This document shows positions 19,118-30,870 of a stretch of 64,000 nucleotides of DNA, one piece after another; the first letter of the stretch is position 1, and each line of letters starts with the position of its first letter. Under the pieces are notes generated by a model. That model had not been told where the DNA came from. It did no database searches and worked only from the letters and a program-made list of their open reading frames with translations. The stretch spans positions 64,001 through 128,000 of the forward strand of contig CAVZJB010000008.1 in NCBI GenBank assembly GCA_963775425.1, given 5' to 3'. Made by a program: the position numbers and the translations under genes. This DNA comes from an uncultured delta proteobacterium (GTDB lineage: Bacteria > Myxococcota > UBA727 > VGSZ01).

Positions 19118-20386
19118 TCACGCGTCGTCGAGCTTGCCCGCGCGCAGGAGCTCCCGGGCCTTTGCGAGCAGGCGCGCCTCGGCGTCGTCGCCACGGGTGC
19201 CCTGCGCCACGCGCGTGAGACCGCCGTCGTCCTTCTGGGTGCGGCGCAGCGCCAGGGGCACGGCGGCGCCGGCGAACAGGACGCGCATCGCCTTTTGCAT
19301 CAGCACCGCGTCCACGTCGGTGCGCTCCATGATGCGGTCGGCCGCCTCCGCCTGCGGCATCAGCTTCGACAGCTCGATGGCTCGCACGATCTTGTCGTCG
19401 AGCGGCTCGCCCGCCGCCTTGCGCGCAGCGACGTAGCTCTTCTCCCAGTAGTCCACGCTCGCGCCGCCGAACGCCTTCCCGTCATCCCGCACGAACCCAC
19501 CCTGCGCCGCGAACAGGTACGCCATGCGCTCGACCGTGAGGCCCTCCCCGTCGCCGAAGATGTCCTCGCTGTCCACGGCCTTGAGGCCTCCCTCGTTGGT
19601 GGCGAACACCAGCGACGGGATGCGCTGCCCGTCGACCTCGACGTCGGCGACGACGGGCGTGTACATCGCGTTGCTGTTGTCCGGCGCTGCCTCCAAATCC
19701 CCCTCGGCGAACAGCTCCCGCGCGAACAACACCGCCAGGAGCTCCTCGGCGCGATCGAGCGGCACCTTCAACAAGGCGCCCGGCGTGACGGCGTCCTCCT
19801 TCTCGCTGAGCCCCGCCACGGCGCCCGGGTGCTCCGGCGTTCCCCGAAACACCGAGCTGGCGACGACGCCGACGGCGTAGCCGGGGAGGGTGGCCATGAC
19901 GACGTCCTTGCCGGCCACCACCTCGTCCTGCGATCGCTTGCCGAGCTCGGCGAAGTTGTGCGTGCGCAAGGAGAGGTAGCCGAACACCGGGACGTAATCG
20001 AGCTTGCGCGCGGTGATCGCCTCGTGGAGCGCGTCGAGCGCCGCGCGGATCTTGTCGAGGTCGCTCGGGTGCAAGCGCTCGCGCAGCGCCGTCGGCAGGC
20101 GGCGCACGGGATCCCAGCGCTTGCCTCCGGCGGCGGCCTTGGTGCGGGACAGGAGCGCCGCGGGCGTGGACGAGCCGGCGTCCTTCGTGTGGCCGACGGG
20201 CTCGAGATCGTGCGCGCTCGCGCGTGAGCCGCCGGCGAAGCCCTCGAACAGCGCGCGCAGCTCGCGCTCGACGATCTGCGGCTCGACGCCGAGCGCCTTC
20301 GCGATGCGCTGCGCACCGCCGGCGTCCCCGGCGCCGGTGACGCCGAGCCGTCCCGCCTGGTGGCGCACGGCGTCCGCGAGCTTCAC
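19118..20386 (-). CDS. ChaC-like gamma-glutamylcyclotransferase domain with long N-terminal extension
   Basis: VFGYLSL (cf. FGYGSL), LPGY, RGTPEHPGAVAGL, LFARE catalytic-Glu region, YTP..V. Confidence 0.65.
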   Translation of the reverse strand: MKLADAVRHQAGRLGVTGAGDAGGAQRIAKALGVEPQIVERELRALFEGFAGGSRASAHDLEPVGHTKDAGSSTPAALLSRTKAAAGGKRWDPVRRLPTALRERLHPSDLDKIRAALDALHEAITARKLDYVPVFGYLSLRTHNFAELGKRSQDEVVAGKDVVMATLPGYAVGVVASSVFRGTPEHPGAVAGLSEKEDAVTPGALLKVPLDRAEELLAVLFARELFAEGDLEAAPDNSNAMYTPVVADVEVDGQRIPSLVFATNEGGLKAVDSEDIFGDGEGLTVERMAYLFAAQGGFVRDDGKAFGGASVDYWEKSYVAARKAAGEPLDDKIVRAIELSKLMPQAEAADRIMERTDVDAVLMQKAMRVLFAGAAVPLALRRTQKDDGGLTRVAQGTRGDDAEARLLAKARELLRAGKLDDA

Positions 20387-20390
20387 GTCG

Positions 20391-20612
20391 TCACCCGAGC
20401 TTGGCCATGAGATAGGAGAGCATCATCAGGTGGAGCTTCTTGGCCACGAGCTCCTCGTCGTCGTCGGGGTAGAGCGTGCGCGTGAGCGCGTTGAAGACGG
20501 CGAGCATGGGCTCGCCGATCTCCTCGAGCAGCGCCTTCTCGAACTCCTCGGGGGTCAGGCTCTGGACGTGCTTGAGGGCGTCGAGGGCGGCGGCTTCGGT
20601 CGGCGCAGGCAT
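20391..20612 (-). CDS. Small hypothetical protein
   Basis: 73 aa ORF with typical codon use; TAGGCT-N6-ATG upstream; next gene starts 5 nt after its stop. Confidence 0.7.
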   Translation of the reverse strand: MPAPTEAAALDALKHVQSLTPEEFEKALLEEIGEPMLAVFNALTRTLYPDDDEELVAKKLHLMMLSYLMAKLG

Positions 20613-20669
20613 AGCACCAGCCTACACAAGCGGGCGCCGGCCCGGCAGGCCCGTCGACGCCGCCGAGGG

Positions 20670-21476
20670 CTACACGAAGCGGACGCCGCAGCGTCCGACG
20701 TGGGCGACGTCGAGCTCGAAGAAGTCGCCGGCCTCCACGGGGAGCACCGGGCCGAGCGCGCCCGAGAGCACCAGCTCGCCGGGCCGCAGGGGGTTGCCCA
20801 GGCGGCACAGCGTGTTGGCCAGCCACGCCACCGCCGTCACCGGGTTTCCCAGGCACGCGGCGCCGGCGCCGGTGGCGGCCACGCGCCCGTTTTTGCGCAG
20901 GGACATGCCCGCGAGCACGAGGTCCACGTCGGCGAGCCGCGCCGGTCGCGTGCCGATGACGAAGCGCGCGCTGGACGCGTTGTCGGCCACCGTGTCCCGA
21001 TAGGTGATCTTCCAGTCCTTGATGCGCGAGTCGATGATCTCGAGCGCCGGCACCACGAACGCCGTCGACGCGACCACGTCCGCGTTGGTGACGCCGCCCA
21101 CCTGGAACGAGCCGGGCAGCTCTCGTCCGAGCACGAACGCCACCTCGCCCTCGATGCGCGGCTGGCAGAGCTCCCCGCGCGCGCAGGTGCCGCCGTCTTT
21201 GACCTCCATGTCGTCGAGCAGGAAGCCGAAGTCGGGCTCGCTCACGCTGAGCCAGTCCTGCACCGCCTTGGAGGTGATGCCGACCTTGCGCCCGACCAGG
21301 CGCGCGGGCCTCCCGTGCAGCCCGCGCTCGCGGCGGCGGCGCAGGGTGACGCCCTGCACCGCGTACGCGTCCTCGACCGTCATCCCGGGGACGTCGTCGG
21401 TCAGCTTGCCCACCGGCGCCCGGCGCTCCTCCGCGTCGCGCAGCTTGTCGGCGAGGGCCTCGATGTCGGCGCTCAC
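20670..21476 (-). CDS. 2-keto-4-pentenoate hydratase / 4-oxalocrotonate decarboxylase (FAH family)
   Basis: GRKVGITSKAVQ, EPDFG, EIIDSRIKDW, DTVADNASS, LSGAL. Confidence 0.92.
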   Translation of the reverse strand: MSADIEALADKLRDAEERRAPVGKLTDDVPGMTVEDAYAVQGVTLRRRRERGLHGRPARLVGRKVGITSKAVQDWLSVSEPDFGFLLDDMEVKDGGTCARGELCQPRIEGEVAFVLGRELPGSFQVGGVTNADVVASTAFVVPALEIIDSRIKDWKITYRDTVADNASSARFVIGTRPARLADVDLVLAGMSLRKNGRVAATGAGAACLGNPVTAVAWLANTLCRLGNPLRPGELVLSGALGPVLPVEAGDFFELDVAHVGRCGVRFV

Positions 21477-21907
21477 GAGGCACCTCCCGCGTCGCGGAGC
21501 GCCGCGACCGCCTTCATCTCCACGAGGAGGTTCGGGTGCGGCAGCTCGCGCACCCCCACCGTGGTGCGCGCGGGGCCCTCCTCCTTGGTGAAGTGACGGT
21601 TGTAGACCTCGTTCATGCCCGCGTAGTCCTTCATGTCGACGAGGAACACCGTGATGTCCACGATGTCCTCGAGGCCGGCGCCGGCCGCCCGCAGGATGAC
21701 GCCGATGTTGTCGAGCACCGCCTGCGTCTGCGCCTTGATGTCCTTGTCGACGCGGCCGTCGGCGTGGACGGTGACGCCGGCGTGGCTGTTGTCGAAGCGG
21801 CGCGAGGACACGCCGGAGACGAACACCAGGTCGCCGACGACGCGGGCGTGGGGGTAGCGGGCGAGCGCCTGCGCGCGGTCCTCGAGGATGATGGGCTTTC
21901 CGGTCAT
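21473..21907 (-). CDS. RidA family protein, probable 2-aminomuconate deaminase
   Basis: ARYPHAR..LVFVSGVSSRR, PARTTV..LPHPNLLVEMKA; context next to the hydratase. Confidence 0.82.
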   Translation of the reverse strand: MTGKPIILEDRAQALARYPHARVVGDLVFVSGVSSRRFDNSHAGVTVHADGRVDKDIKAQTQAVLDNIGVILRAAGAGLEDIVDITVFLVDMKDYAGMNEVYNRHFTKEEGPARTTVGVRELPHPNLLVEMKAVAALRDAGGAS

Positions 21908-21978
21908 GCAGCGCGCATAGCCCCTTGGCGCGGCGCCGAAAAGTTCACCGGGCGCGCCGCCGTCGCTACAGTGCCCTC

Positions 21979-23865
<1,887 letters not shown>

Positions 23866-23902
23866 ATCCTGTCAGCGTCCAAGGACGCTGGGAGGTTCTT
23901 CA

Positions 23903-24592
23903 ATGAAGATCATCATGACGACGACCGCGGTGTTGGCGTTTGCCTTCGCGGCTCATGCGCAGGACGAGTCGAAGACGCCTGCGGAGCCAAGCACCATGGA
24001 GCCGAGCGAACAAGCAAAGCCCGGCGCGACGAAGGAGATGCAACAGCCGGAGCACAAGGCAGAGCAGAAGACCGAGATGAAGGTCGACAAGTTGACGGGG
24101 GCCGGCACCAGCGAGATGGGCTGGCCGGCGAGCATCCATGTGTTGACCCTCGAGCCGGGCAAGTCCGTGCAGGAGACGGCGTCGCTCGCGCAGGGCCAGC
24201 GCATCGCCACCCTCGCGCTGCCGGGCAACTGCCTCGGCAAGAACAGCGAGAGCTTCCGCGCGAACCACGTGCTCTACGGCTTCGTGCAGCCGGCCAACAC
24301 CGACGTCACCATCACCGTGACGCCCAAGGAGGCCAAGGAGCCGCTGAGCGTGTACGCGTACACGCTGCCGACGTCGCAGTTCGACCTGCCGAGCGAGGCG
24401 AGCGCCGTCAGCGGCAAGTGCAAGACGTCGATCGCCGCCAAGACCTCAATGGGGCGCACCATGGAGGGCAAGGAGCGCAGCGTGCGCTTCGACGGCAAGT
24501 CGGAGCCGCACAACGTCATCATCGGCGTGTCGTCGGCGGACGCCACGAACGTCGGTGACTTCATCATCCAGGTGAAGTCCAAGAAGGAGTGA
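23903..24592 (+). CDS. Secreted hypothetical protein
   Basis: GGAGG RBS, signal peptide ending AHA, beta-rich C-terminus. Confidence 0.7.
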   Translation: MKIIMTTTAVLAFAFAAHAQDESKTPAEPSTMEPSEQAKPGATKEMQQPEHKAEQKTEMKVDKLTGAGTSEMGWPASIHVLTLEPGKSVQETASLAQGQRIATLALPGNCLGKNSESFRANHVLYGFVQPANTDVTITVTPKEAKEPLSVYAYTLPTSQFDLPSEASAVSGKCKTSIAAKTSMGRTMEGKERSVRFDGKSEPHNVIIGVSSADATNVGDFIIQVKSKKE

Positions 24593-24608
24593 ACGCGCGT
24601 CGTTCGCA

Positions 24609-24639
24609 CCGGCACCCCGCGCTCGCGGCGGGGTGCCGG
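24609..24639. terminator. 12-bp GC hairpin between convergent genes (probable terminator)
   Basis: ccggcaccccgc-N7-gcggggtgccgg; no U-tract. Confidence 0.6.
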
Positions 24640-24652
24640 CGGGCCAGCAAGG

Positions 24653-26113
24653 TCACAGCTTGATGCAGATGGACTTGGGCTCCGCGTAGAAGTCGAAGCT
24701 GGCGCGCCCTCCCTCGCGGCCGACGCCGGAGAGCTTCATGCCCCCGAAGGGCACGCGCAGGTCGCGCACGTACCAGGAGTTGACCCACACGAGCCCCGCT
24801 TCGACGGCGCGCGCCACCCGATGCGCGCGCGACAGGTTGGTGGTCCAGACCGCGGCGCACAGGCCGTAGTCGGTGGCGTTGGCGCGGGCGACGGCCTCCT
24901 CCTCGGCGTCGAACGGCGAGATGACCGCGCAGGGCCCGAAGATCTCCTCGCGGCAGATGCGCGCGTCGTCGGGGACGTCGGTCCACAGCGTGGGCTCGAC
25001 GAAGAAGCCGTTGGAAAACGGCGCGTCGAGCTTGGGCGTCCCTCCGCCGAGCACGAAGCGCGCGCCCTCCGCCGCCGCCAGCATGTAGTAGTTGAGCACC
25101 TTCTCGCGGTGCTCCGCGGAGATGAGGGGACCGAGCGTGGTGGTCCGCGACAGCGGGTCGCCCGGGCGGAACGCGTCGGCGCCCTGGCGCATGCGCTCGA
25201 CGAAGCGGTCGAAGATGGGGCGCTCGACGAGGATGCGCTCGCTGCACAGACACACCTGGCCGGTGTTCAGGAAGGTCGAGCGCAGCGTGCCCTGCACGGT
25301 CTTGTCGAGGTCACAGTCGGCGAACACCAGCGAGGCGTTCTTGCCGCCGAGCTCGAAGGAGACGCGCTTGGTGCGCGGCGCCGCCGCGGCCATGATGGCT
25401 GCGCCGGTGCGTGTCTCGCCCGTGAAGGTGACGGCGGCGACGTCCGGGTGCGACACGAGGAACGCGCCCGCGCTCTCCGGGCCGAAGCCGTTGACGACGT
25501 TGTAGACGCCGGCCGGCACGCCGACCTCGTTCATGACCTCGCCGAGGAGCGCCGCCGTCTGCGGCGTCTCCTCGCTGGGCTTGACGACGACGGTGTTCCC
25601 CGCCGCCAGCGCCGGCGCCACCTTCCACGTCATCAAGAGGAACGGCAGGTTCCACGGGCACACCACCGCCACGACGCCGAGCCGCTCGCGCGTCACGAGG
25701 TGAAGCGCGGTGGAGCCGTCGTCGAGCGTCTGCTCGTAGCTCTCGTTGCCCATGGCGCGCAGCATGGTGGCGAAGATGCGGAAGTTGGCCGCCCCGCGGG
25801 GGATGTCCAACGCCGACGCCAGCGAGATGGGCTTGCCCGTGTCCTCGATCTCCGCCTTGACGAAGGCGTCCCGGCGGCGGTCGATGGCGTCGGCGATCTT
25901 GTCGAGGAGCGCCGCTCGCCCCTCGGCGCTGGTCTTGCCCCAGGGCCCGCGCAGGGCGGCCTTGGCAGCCCGCACGGCGCGATCGACGTCGTCGGCGGAG
26001 GCCTCGTCCACCTCGCAGACGGTGTCGCCCGTGGCGGGGTTGACGTCGGCGAACCGCCGGCCGGACGTGCCTTCGACGGACGCGCCGTCGACGAACAGGG
26101 GGAGGCGCCGCAT
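24653..26113 (-). CDS. 2-hydroxy/2-aminomuconic semialdehyde dehydrogenase (ALDH)
   Basis: DIPRGAANF, PWNLP, KPSEETP, FTGETRTG, ELGGKN, GQVCLC, EEIFGP, RDLRVPFGG; real start ATG 26113. Confidence 0.9.
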   Translation of the reverse strand: MRRLPLFVDGASVEGTSGRRFADVNPATGDTVCEVDEASADDVDRAVRAAKAALRGPWGKTSAEGRAALLDKIADAIDRRRDAFVKAEIEDTGKPISLASALDIPRGAANFRIFATMLRAMGNESYEQTLDDGSTALHLVTRERLGVVAVVCPWNLPFLLMTWKVAPALAAGNTVVVKPSEETPQTAALLGEVMNEVGVPAGVYNVVNGFGPESAGAFLVSHPDVAAVTFTGETRTGAAIMAAAAPRTKRVSFELGGKNASLVFADCDLDKTVQGTLRSTFLNTGQVCLCSERILVERPIFDRFVERMRQGADAFRPGDPLSRTTTLGPLISAEHREKVLNYYMLAAAEGARFVLGGGTPKLDAPFSNGFFVEPTLWTDVPDDARICREEIFGPCAVISPFDAEEEAVARANATDYGLCAAVWTTNLSRAHRVARAVEAGLVWVNSWYVRDLRVPFGGMKLSGVGREGGRASFDFYAEPKSICIKL

Positions 26114-26212
26114 GGCTCCGCTGTACACCCGCCGGCCCCTGCCGTCACCGGGCGTCGACGACGGCGCGGCCAGTCTTTCGGTGATCGCGGCGAAATCGAG
26201 GTATAGGGGGCT

Positions 26213-27461
26213 ATGCGCAAGAGCCTGGCGCTCGTCCTCGCCGGAGGAGAAGGGAAACGGCTGTCTCCCCTGACCAAGGAGCGCAGCAAGCCCGCCGTCT
26301 ACTTCGGCGGCCGCTACCGCCTCATCGACTTCGCGCTGTCGAACCTGGTGAACTCCGGGTTTCACCAGATCAAGGTCATCACCCAGTACCGGGCCACGTC
26401 GCTGGTGCGCCACCTCACCCGCGCCTGGCCGCTCGCGTCCGCCGTGCTCGACCAGTACATCGAGTGCGCGCCGGCGGCCATGAACCGCGGTCCCACGTGG
26501 TTCCGCGGCACCGCCGACGCCATCTACCAGAACCTCGATCTGCTGCGCGAGGTGCGGCCGGAGCACGTCATCATCTTCGGCGCCGATCACGTCTACAAGA
26601 TGGACGTGAGCCAGATGATGCAGTTCCACCTCGAGATGGACGCCGACGTCACCCTCGCCACGCTCCCCGTGCCCAAGAAGGACGCCGTGGGCTTCGGCGT
26701 CGTCGGCGTCGACGAGGCGAGCAAGGTCACCGGCTTCATCGAGAAGTCGCGCGAGCCGCCCACCATCCCCGGCCGCGACGACGAGTGCCTCGCGTCCATG
26801 GGCAACTACATCTTCAAGACCAAGGTGCTCGTCGAGGAGCTCACGCGAGACGCCCACGCCGAGACCAGCCACGACTTCGGCCGCGACATCCTGTCGACGG
26901 CGCACGAGCGCATGAAGGTCTACGCCTACGACTTCGCCAGCCACCTGTGCAAAGGCGAAAACGAGTCCTCGCGCGGCTACTGGCGCGACGTCGGGACGCT
27001 CGACTCCTACTTCGAAGCGTCCATGGACCTCGTCAGCGTCTCGCCCAAGCTGAACCTCTACAACGACGATTGGCCCATTCGCTCCACGCCGCCGCCCACG
27101 GGCCCGGCCAAGTTCGTCTTCTCCGACTTCCAGGGCGGTCGCGTCGGCACCGCGCTCGACTCCATCATCGGCGGCGGCGTCATCGTCTCCGGCGGCCGGG
27201 TGGAGCGCTCCATCCTCTTCCCGCAGGTGCGCATCAACTCGTACTCGGTGGTCACCGAGTCCGTCCTGTTCCCCGACGTCGACGTCGGCCGCGGCGCGCA
27301 CCTGCATCGCTGCATCGTCGACAAGGGCGTGAAGATCCCCTCCCGGCGAGCACATCGGCGAGGACCTCGAGCGAGATCGCCAGCGCTTCAACGTGAGCGA
27401 CAGCGGCATCGTCGTCGTCTCGCGCGACGCCTTCGGCCAGGTCGACGAGTTCGACGTGTGA
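26213..27461 (+). CDS. glgC: Glucose-1-phosphate adenylyltransferase (+1 frameshift near 27340)
   Basis: LAGGEGKRL..RSKPAV.FGG.YRLIDF, GTADA, YWRDVGT; removing one C at 27337-27344 restores IPSGEHIGEDLERDRQRF..SGIVVV to TGA 27461. Confidence 0.92.
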
Positions 27462-27525
27462 GGCACCACCGGCGGCGCTCGAGGGTGAATGCGGCGGGCG
27501 TGCGCTCGCGCGGTGCGCCGATCGC

Positions 27526-29013
27526 ATGCACCTGATGTTCGTCGCCTCCGAGTGCGCTCCGCTCTGCCAGTCCGGCGGGCTCGGCGACGCCGTCAGCGGG
27601 CTCGCGCGTGCGCTCGGCTCCATGGGGCACGAGGTCACCGTGGTGATCCCCGCGTACCGCGCCGCGCTGCAGTCGCAGTCCTGCCCGCGCCTCGTCGAGG
27701 GCGGCTCCATGAAGCTCGCCTTCCCGGGCTTCGCGCTCGACGGGCGCTTCCTGTGCGGCACGCTGTTCCCCGGCGTGGAGGTGGCGCTGCTCGACGTGCC
27801 CGCGCTCTACGACCGCGCCGGGCTCTACGGCGAAGGCGGCTGGGACTACGGCGACAACGCCCTGCGCTTCATCGCGCTCTGCCGCGCCGCCGCCTATCGC
27901 GCGGAGGCGGAGAAGCCCGACGTCCTCGTCGCGCACGACTGGCACGCGGCGCTGTCGCTGGCGATGCTGCGCACCTCCCTCGACCGCGGCCACAACCGGG
28001 TGATCGGCACCGTGCAGGTCGTGCACAACAACGCGCACCAGGGCCGCGTGCCCGCCGACGCCATGGCGCTCACTGGCCTGGCGCACGACCTCTTTCACGT
28101 CGACGGCGTGGAGGCGTGGGGTTCGTTGTGCCTGCTCAAGGGCGGCGTGATGTGGGCGGATCGCGTGGTGGCGGTGTCGCCCACGTACGCCCGCGAGATC
28201 CAGACCCACGACTTCGGTGAGGGCCTCGAGGGCGCGTACCGCGCGCGCGCGCACCGGCTCACCGGCATCGTCAACGGCATCGACGACGTGCGCTTCGATC
28301 CCGCGAGCGACGCCGCGCTGCCCGCGCAGTTCACCGCCGACGACCTCGAGGGCAAGTCCGTGTGCCGCGCGCGTTTGCTCGAGCGCTGCGGCCTCGAGCC
28401 CACGCCGCCGGGGCTCTTGTGCGCCGCCATCGGCCGGCTCGCGGCGCAGAAGGGCTGGGACGTCATCGTGCGCGCGCTCGACGCGCTCATCGACAAAGGC
28501 GCGTCGTTCGTGGCGCTCGGCGACGGCTCGCCGTGGATCGCGGACGCGCTCGCCGAGAAGGCGCGCACGCACCCGCGGCGCGTGTTCTTCATGTCCGCGT
28601 ACGACGACGCCTTCGCCCGGCAGATCTACGCCGGCGCCGACGTCATGTTGGTGCCGTCGCGCTTCGAGCCCTGCGGCCTCGTGCAGCTCATCGCGCAGCG
28701 CTACGGCGCCGTCCCCGTCGCCCACGCCACCGGCGGCCTCGTCGACACCATCCAGGATCCGTGGCTGTCGCCCGTGCGCGCCGGCACCGACGCCTTCGAC
28801 CCGTGGCGGCGCGCCACCGGCGTGCTGTTCTCGCCGCTCACGCCCGAGAACCTGGTGCAGGGCGTCGACCGCGTCGCCAAGCTCGCGCAGCACGGCCGGC
28901 TCCCCGAGGTGCAAAAGCGCCTGCTCGCCCTCGACGTGAGCTGGGACGGCCCCGCGCAGTCGTGGCTGTCCGTGCTCACCGAGGTGATCGCCGAGGCCAA
29001 GCGCCGCCTGTGA
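27526..29013 (+). CDS. glgA: Glycogen synthase (GT5)
   Basis: SECAP..SGGLGD, HDWH, VSPTYARE, QKG, PSRFEPCGL, TGGLVDT; follows glgC. Confidence 0.9.
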   Translation: MHLMFVASECAPLCQSGGLGDAVSGLARALGSMGHEVTVVIPAYRAALQSQSCPRLVEGGSMKLAFPGFALDGRFLCGTLFPGVEVALLDVPALYDRAGLYGEGGWDYGDNALRFIALCRAAAYRAEAEKPDVLVAHDWHAALSLAMLRTSLDRGHNRVIGTVQVVHNNAHQGRVPADAMALTGLAHDLFHVDGVEAWGSLCLLKGGVMWADRVVAVSPTYAREIQTHDFGEGLEGAYRARAHRLTGIVNGIDDVRFDPASDAALPAQFTADDLEGKSVCRARLLERCGLEPTPPGLLCAAIGRLAAQKGWDVIVRALDALIDKGASFVALGDGSPWIADALAEKARTHPRRVFFMSAYDDAFARQIYAGADVMLVPSRFEPCGLVQLIAQRYGAVPVAHATGGLVDTIQDPWLSPVRAGTDAFDPWRRATGVLFSPLTPENLVQGVDRVAKLAQHGRLPEVQKRLLALDVSWDGPAQSWLSVLTEVIAEAKRRL

Positions 29014-29020
29014 CGCGCAT

Positions 29021-29383
29021 TCAGCGGGAGCGACCCTTCAAGACCTCGTCGAGGAGGCCGAGGAGCTGGTCCAGGCTGAAGGGCTTCTTGAGGAACACCA
29101 CGTCCTCGACGGCGGCGTGGTTGGGCTTGGGCGCGGCGCTCGTCAGGATCACGGGGATGCTCGCCCTGGCGGGGTCCGACCGCATGGCGGCGATCATCTC
29201 GGGGCCGGTCATCACCGGCATCATCGCGTCGACCAACACGAGGTCCGGCCGCTCTTCGGCGATGCGCTCGAGGCCCTCGCGCCCGTTGGAAGCCGAGAGA
29301 ACACGGTAGCCCTCCTCCTCGAGCAAGTCGCGGAGCGCGTCGACGATTCCGAATTCGTCATCGACGATGAGGACGGTGATCAT
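29021..29383 (-). CDS. Single-domain response regulator
   Basis: VLIVDDE, DAMMPVMTG, FLKKPF; ATG overlaps the KaiC-like stop. Confidence 0.92.
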   Translation of the reverse strand: MITVLIVDDEFGIVDALRDLLEEEGYRVLSASNGREGLERIAEERPDLVLVDAMMPVMTGPEMIAAMRSDPARASIPVILTSAAPKPNHAAVEDVVFLKKPFSLDQLLGLLDEVLKGRSR

Positions 29384-30861
29384 CGAGACCTGCGTCCGCT
29401 CGCCGCCTTCTTGCGGCGGCGGCCGTTCGGCGCGGCCTTGGCCAGCGTCGTCGACGAGGACACGACCGGCCCATGCTCGCCGATGGTGAGCTCGCGCACC
29501 TGCGGATCGGCGCGCGCGGCGCGCATCTTGGGCACCGAGACGAGCCGGTGCAGCCGGGCGTCCATCTCCACGTTGCGCAGCACGACGATGTTGTCGACGA
29601 CCGCCGAGATCCCCGGATCCACGGTGACGCCGGGGCCCAACAGCTCCGGCGTGTTCCGCGACAGCAGGGTGGTGACGCCGTGGCTCGACAGCTCGCTCAA
29701 CACGGCCGTGACGAAGCCTTCGAGCCGCGTCTTGTCGACGAGGGTCGCCTCGAAGCCTACGACCCCGTCGATGAACAGACGCCGGACCCCGTCGCGCCGG
29801 ACGGCGTCGATCACCGCCCCGGCGAGGGCGTCGGCGCACTCGTCGAGCGGCGAGTGCCACATGAAGCCGATGCCCCCGTCGTCGAGGTGGCGCGCCAGCG
29901 GGATGGCGGCGGCGTCGGCGGTGGCGACGAGGGCATCGCGCGACTCGAAGAAGCCGAAGTGCAGGCCGCGCTCGCCGTGCGCCGCGCCCGCGCACAGGAA
30001 GCTCGCGCCGATGACGGTCTTCCCCGTGCCCGTGGCGCCGAGGATCAACGTCGACGACGTCGGCGACACGCCTCCGGCCAACATCTGGTCGAGGCCGGCG
30101 ACGCCGGTTTGCAGGCGCGGGCCCGTGGGGGCCGCCGGCATCGAGCGCCCGAACACGGCCTCGGCGCGCGGGAACACCGAGACGCCGCGGTCGTCGATCG
30201 AGAACCGATGGTGGCCGAGCAGCGCGGCGCTCCCGCGGTGCTTGAGGACCTCCAGTTGCCGCACCGCGCGCATGCCGCTGGCGTGCGTGATGGACAGCTC
30301 GATGAGCCCGTCGACCATGGTGCGCTCGGCGTAGTTGGAGCGCCCGTCGCGCGCGCCCGTGAGCAACAAAGTGGTGCAGCCGACGAGCTCGATGATCACC
30401 TGCAGCTCGTGGATGAACTTGCGGAGGGGCATGTCGCCGGCGACGGCGTCCCCGGCGAGGCCGTCGATGATCAACAAGTCGGCGCGGTGCTCGCGGACGG
30501 TGTTGCTGAGGAGCTTGAGGAGCCCGGGCAGCTTGCCGTCCTCGTACGCCTGAAAGCCGCTGACGTAGGTGATCTCGTTGGCGAGCACCGCGGGGTCGAA
30601 GAACGCCAGCGACTCGAGCGCCGACAGCAGCCGCGCGTGGGACTCCGTCAGGAGCGTGACGTACACGACCCTGCCGCCCGTGTGCCGCGCGTGGTTGAAG
30701 GCGAATTGGTTCCCGAGGATGGTCTTGCCGGCGCCGGGGCGGCCCATGAGCATCATGACGCCGCCGCGGAAGAGCCCTCCGCGCAGGATGACGTCGAGGC
30801 CCGGGATGTGACTGCGCACGCGGCGCGAGTCGCTCGAGTCGTTTCCCTGAGGCGTCTTCAT
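29380..30861 (-). CDS. KaiC/RAD55-like two-domain RecA-fold ATPase
   Basis: Two Walker A motifs (GRPGAGKT, GATGTGKT), IIDG/FIDG Walker B, EVLKHRGS and VPKMRA. Confidence 0.9.
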   Translation of the reverse strand: MKTPQGNDSSDSRRVRSHIPGLDVILRGGLFRGGVMMLMGRPGAGKTILGNQFAFNHARHTGGRVVYVTLLTESHARLLSALESLAFFDPAVLANEITYVSGFQAYEDGKLPGLLKLLSNTVREHRADLLIIDGLAGDAVAGDMPLRKFIHELQVIIELVGCTTLLLTGARDGRSNYAERTMVDGLIELSITHASGMRAVRQLEVLKHRGSAALLGHHRFSIDDRGVSVFPRAEAVFGRSMPAAPTGPRLQTGVAGLDQMLAGGVSPTSSTLILGATGTGKTVIGASFLCAGAAHGERGLHFGFFESRDALVATADAAAIPLARHLDDGGIGFMWHSPLDECADALAGAVIDAVRRDGVRRLFIDGVVGFEATLVDKTRLEGFVTAVLSELSSHGVTTLLSRNTPELLGPGVTVDPGISAVVDNIVVLRNVEMDARLHRLVSVPKMRAARADPQVRELTIGEHGPVVSSSTTLAKAAPNGRRRKKAASGRRSR

Positions 30862-30870
30862 GCCGGGACC

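Noticed and set aside
26114-27469. N-terminal extension of the 938-aa ALDH ORF
   Set aside because: Antisense to glgC; ALDH homology starts at ATG 26113
29380-30861. Circadian clock KaiC
   Set aside because: No kaiA/kaiB; context is the receiver-linked KaiC-like family
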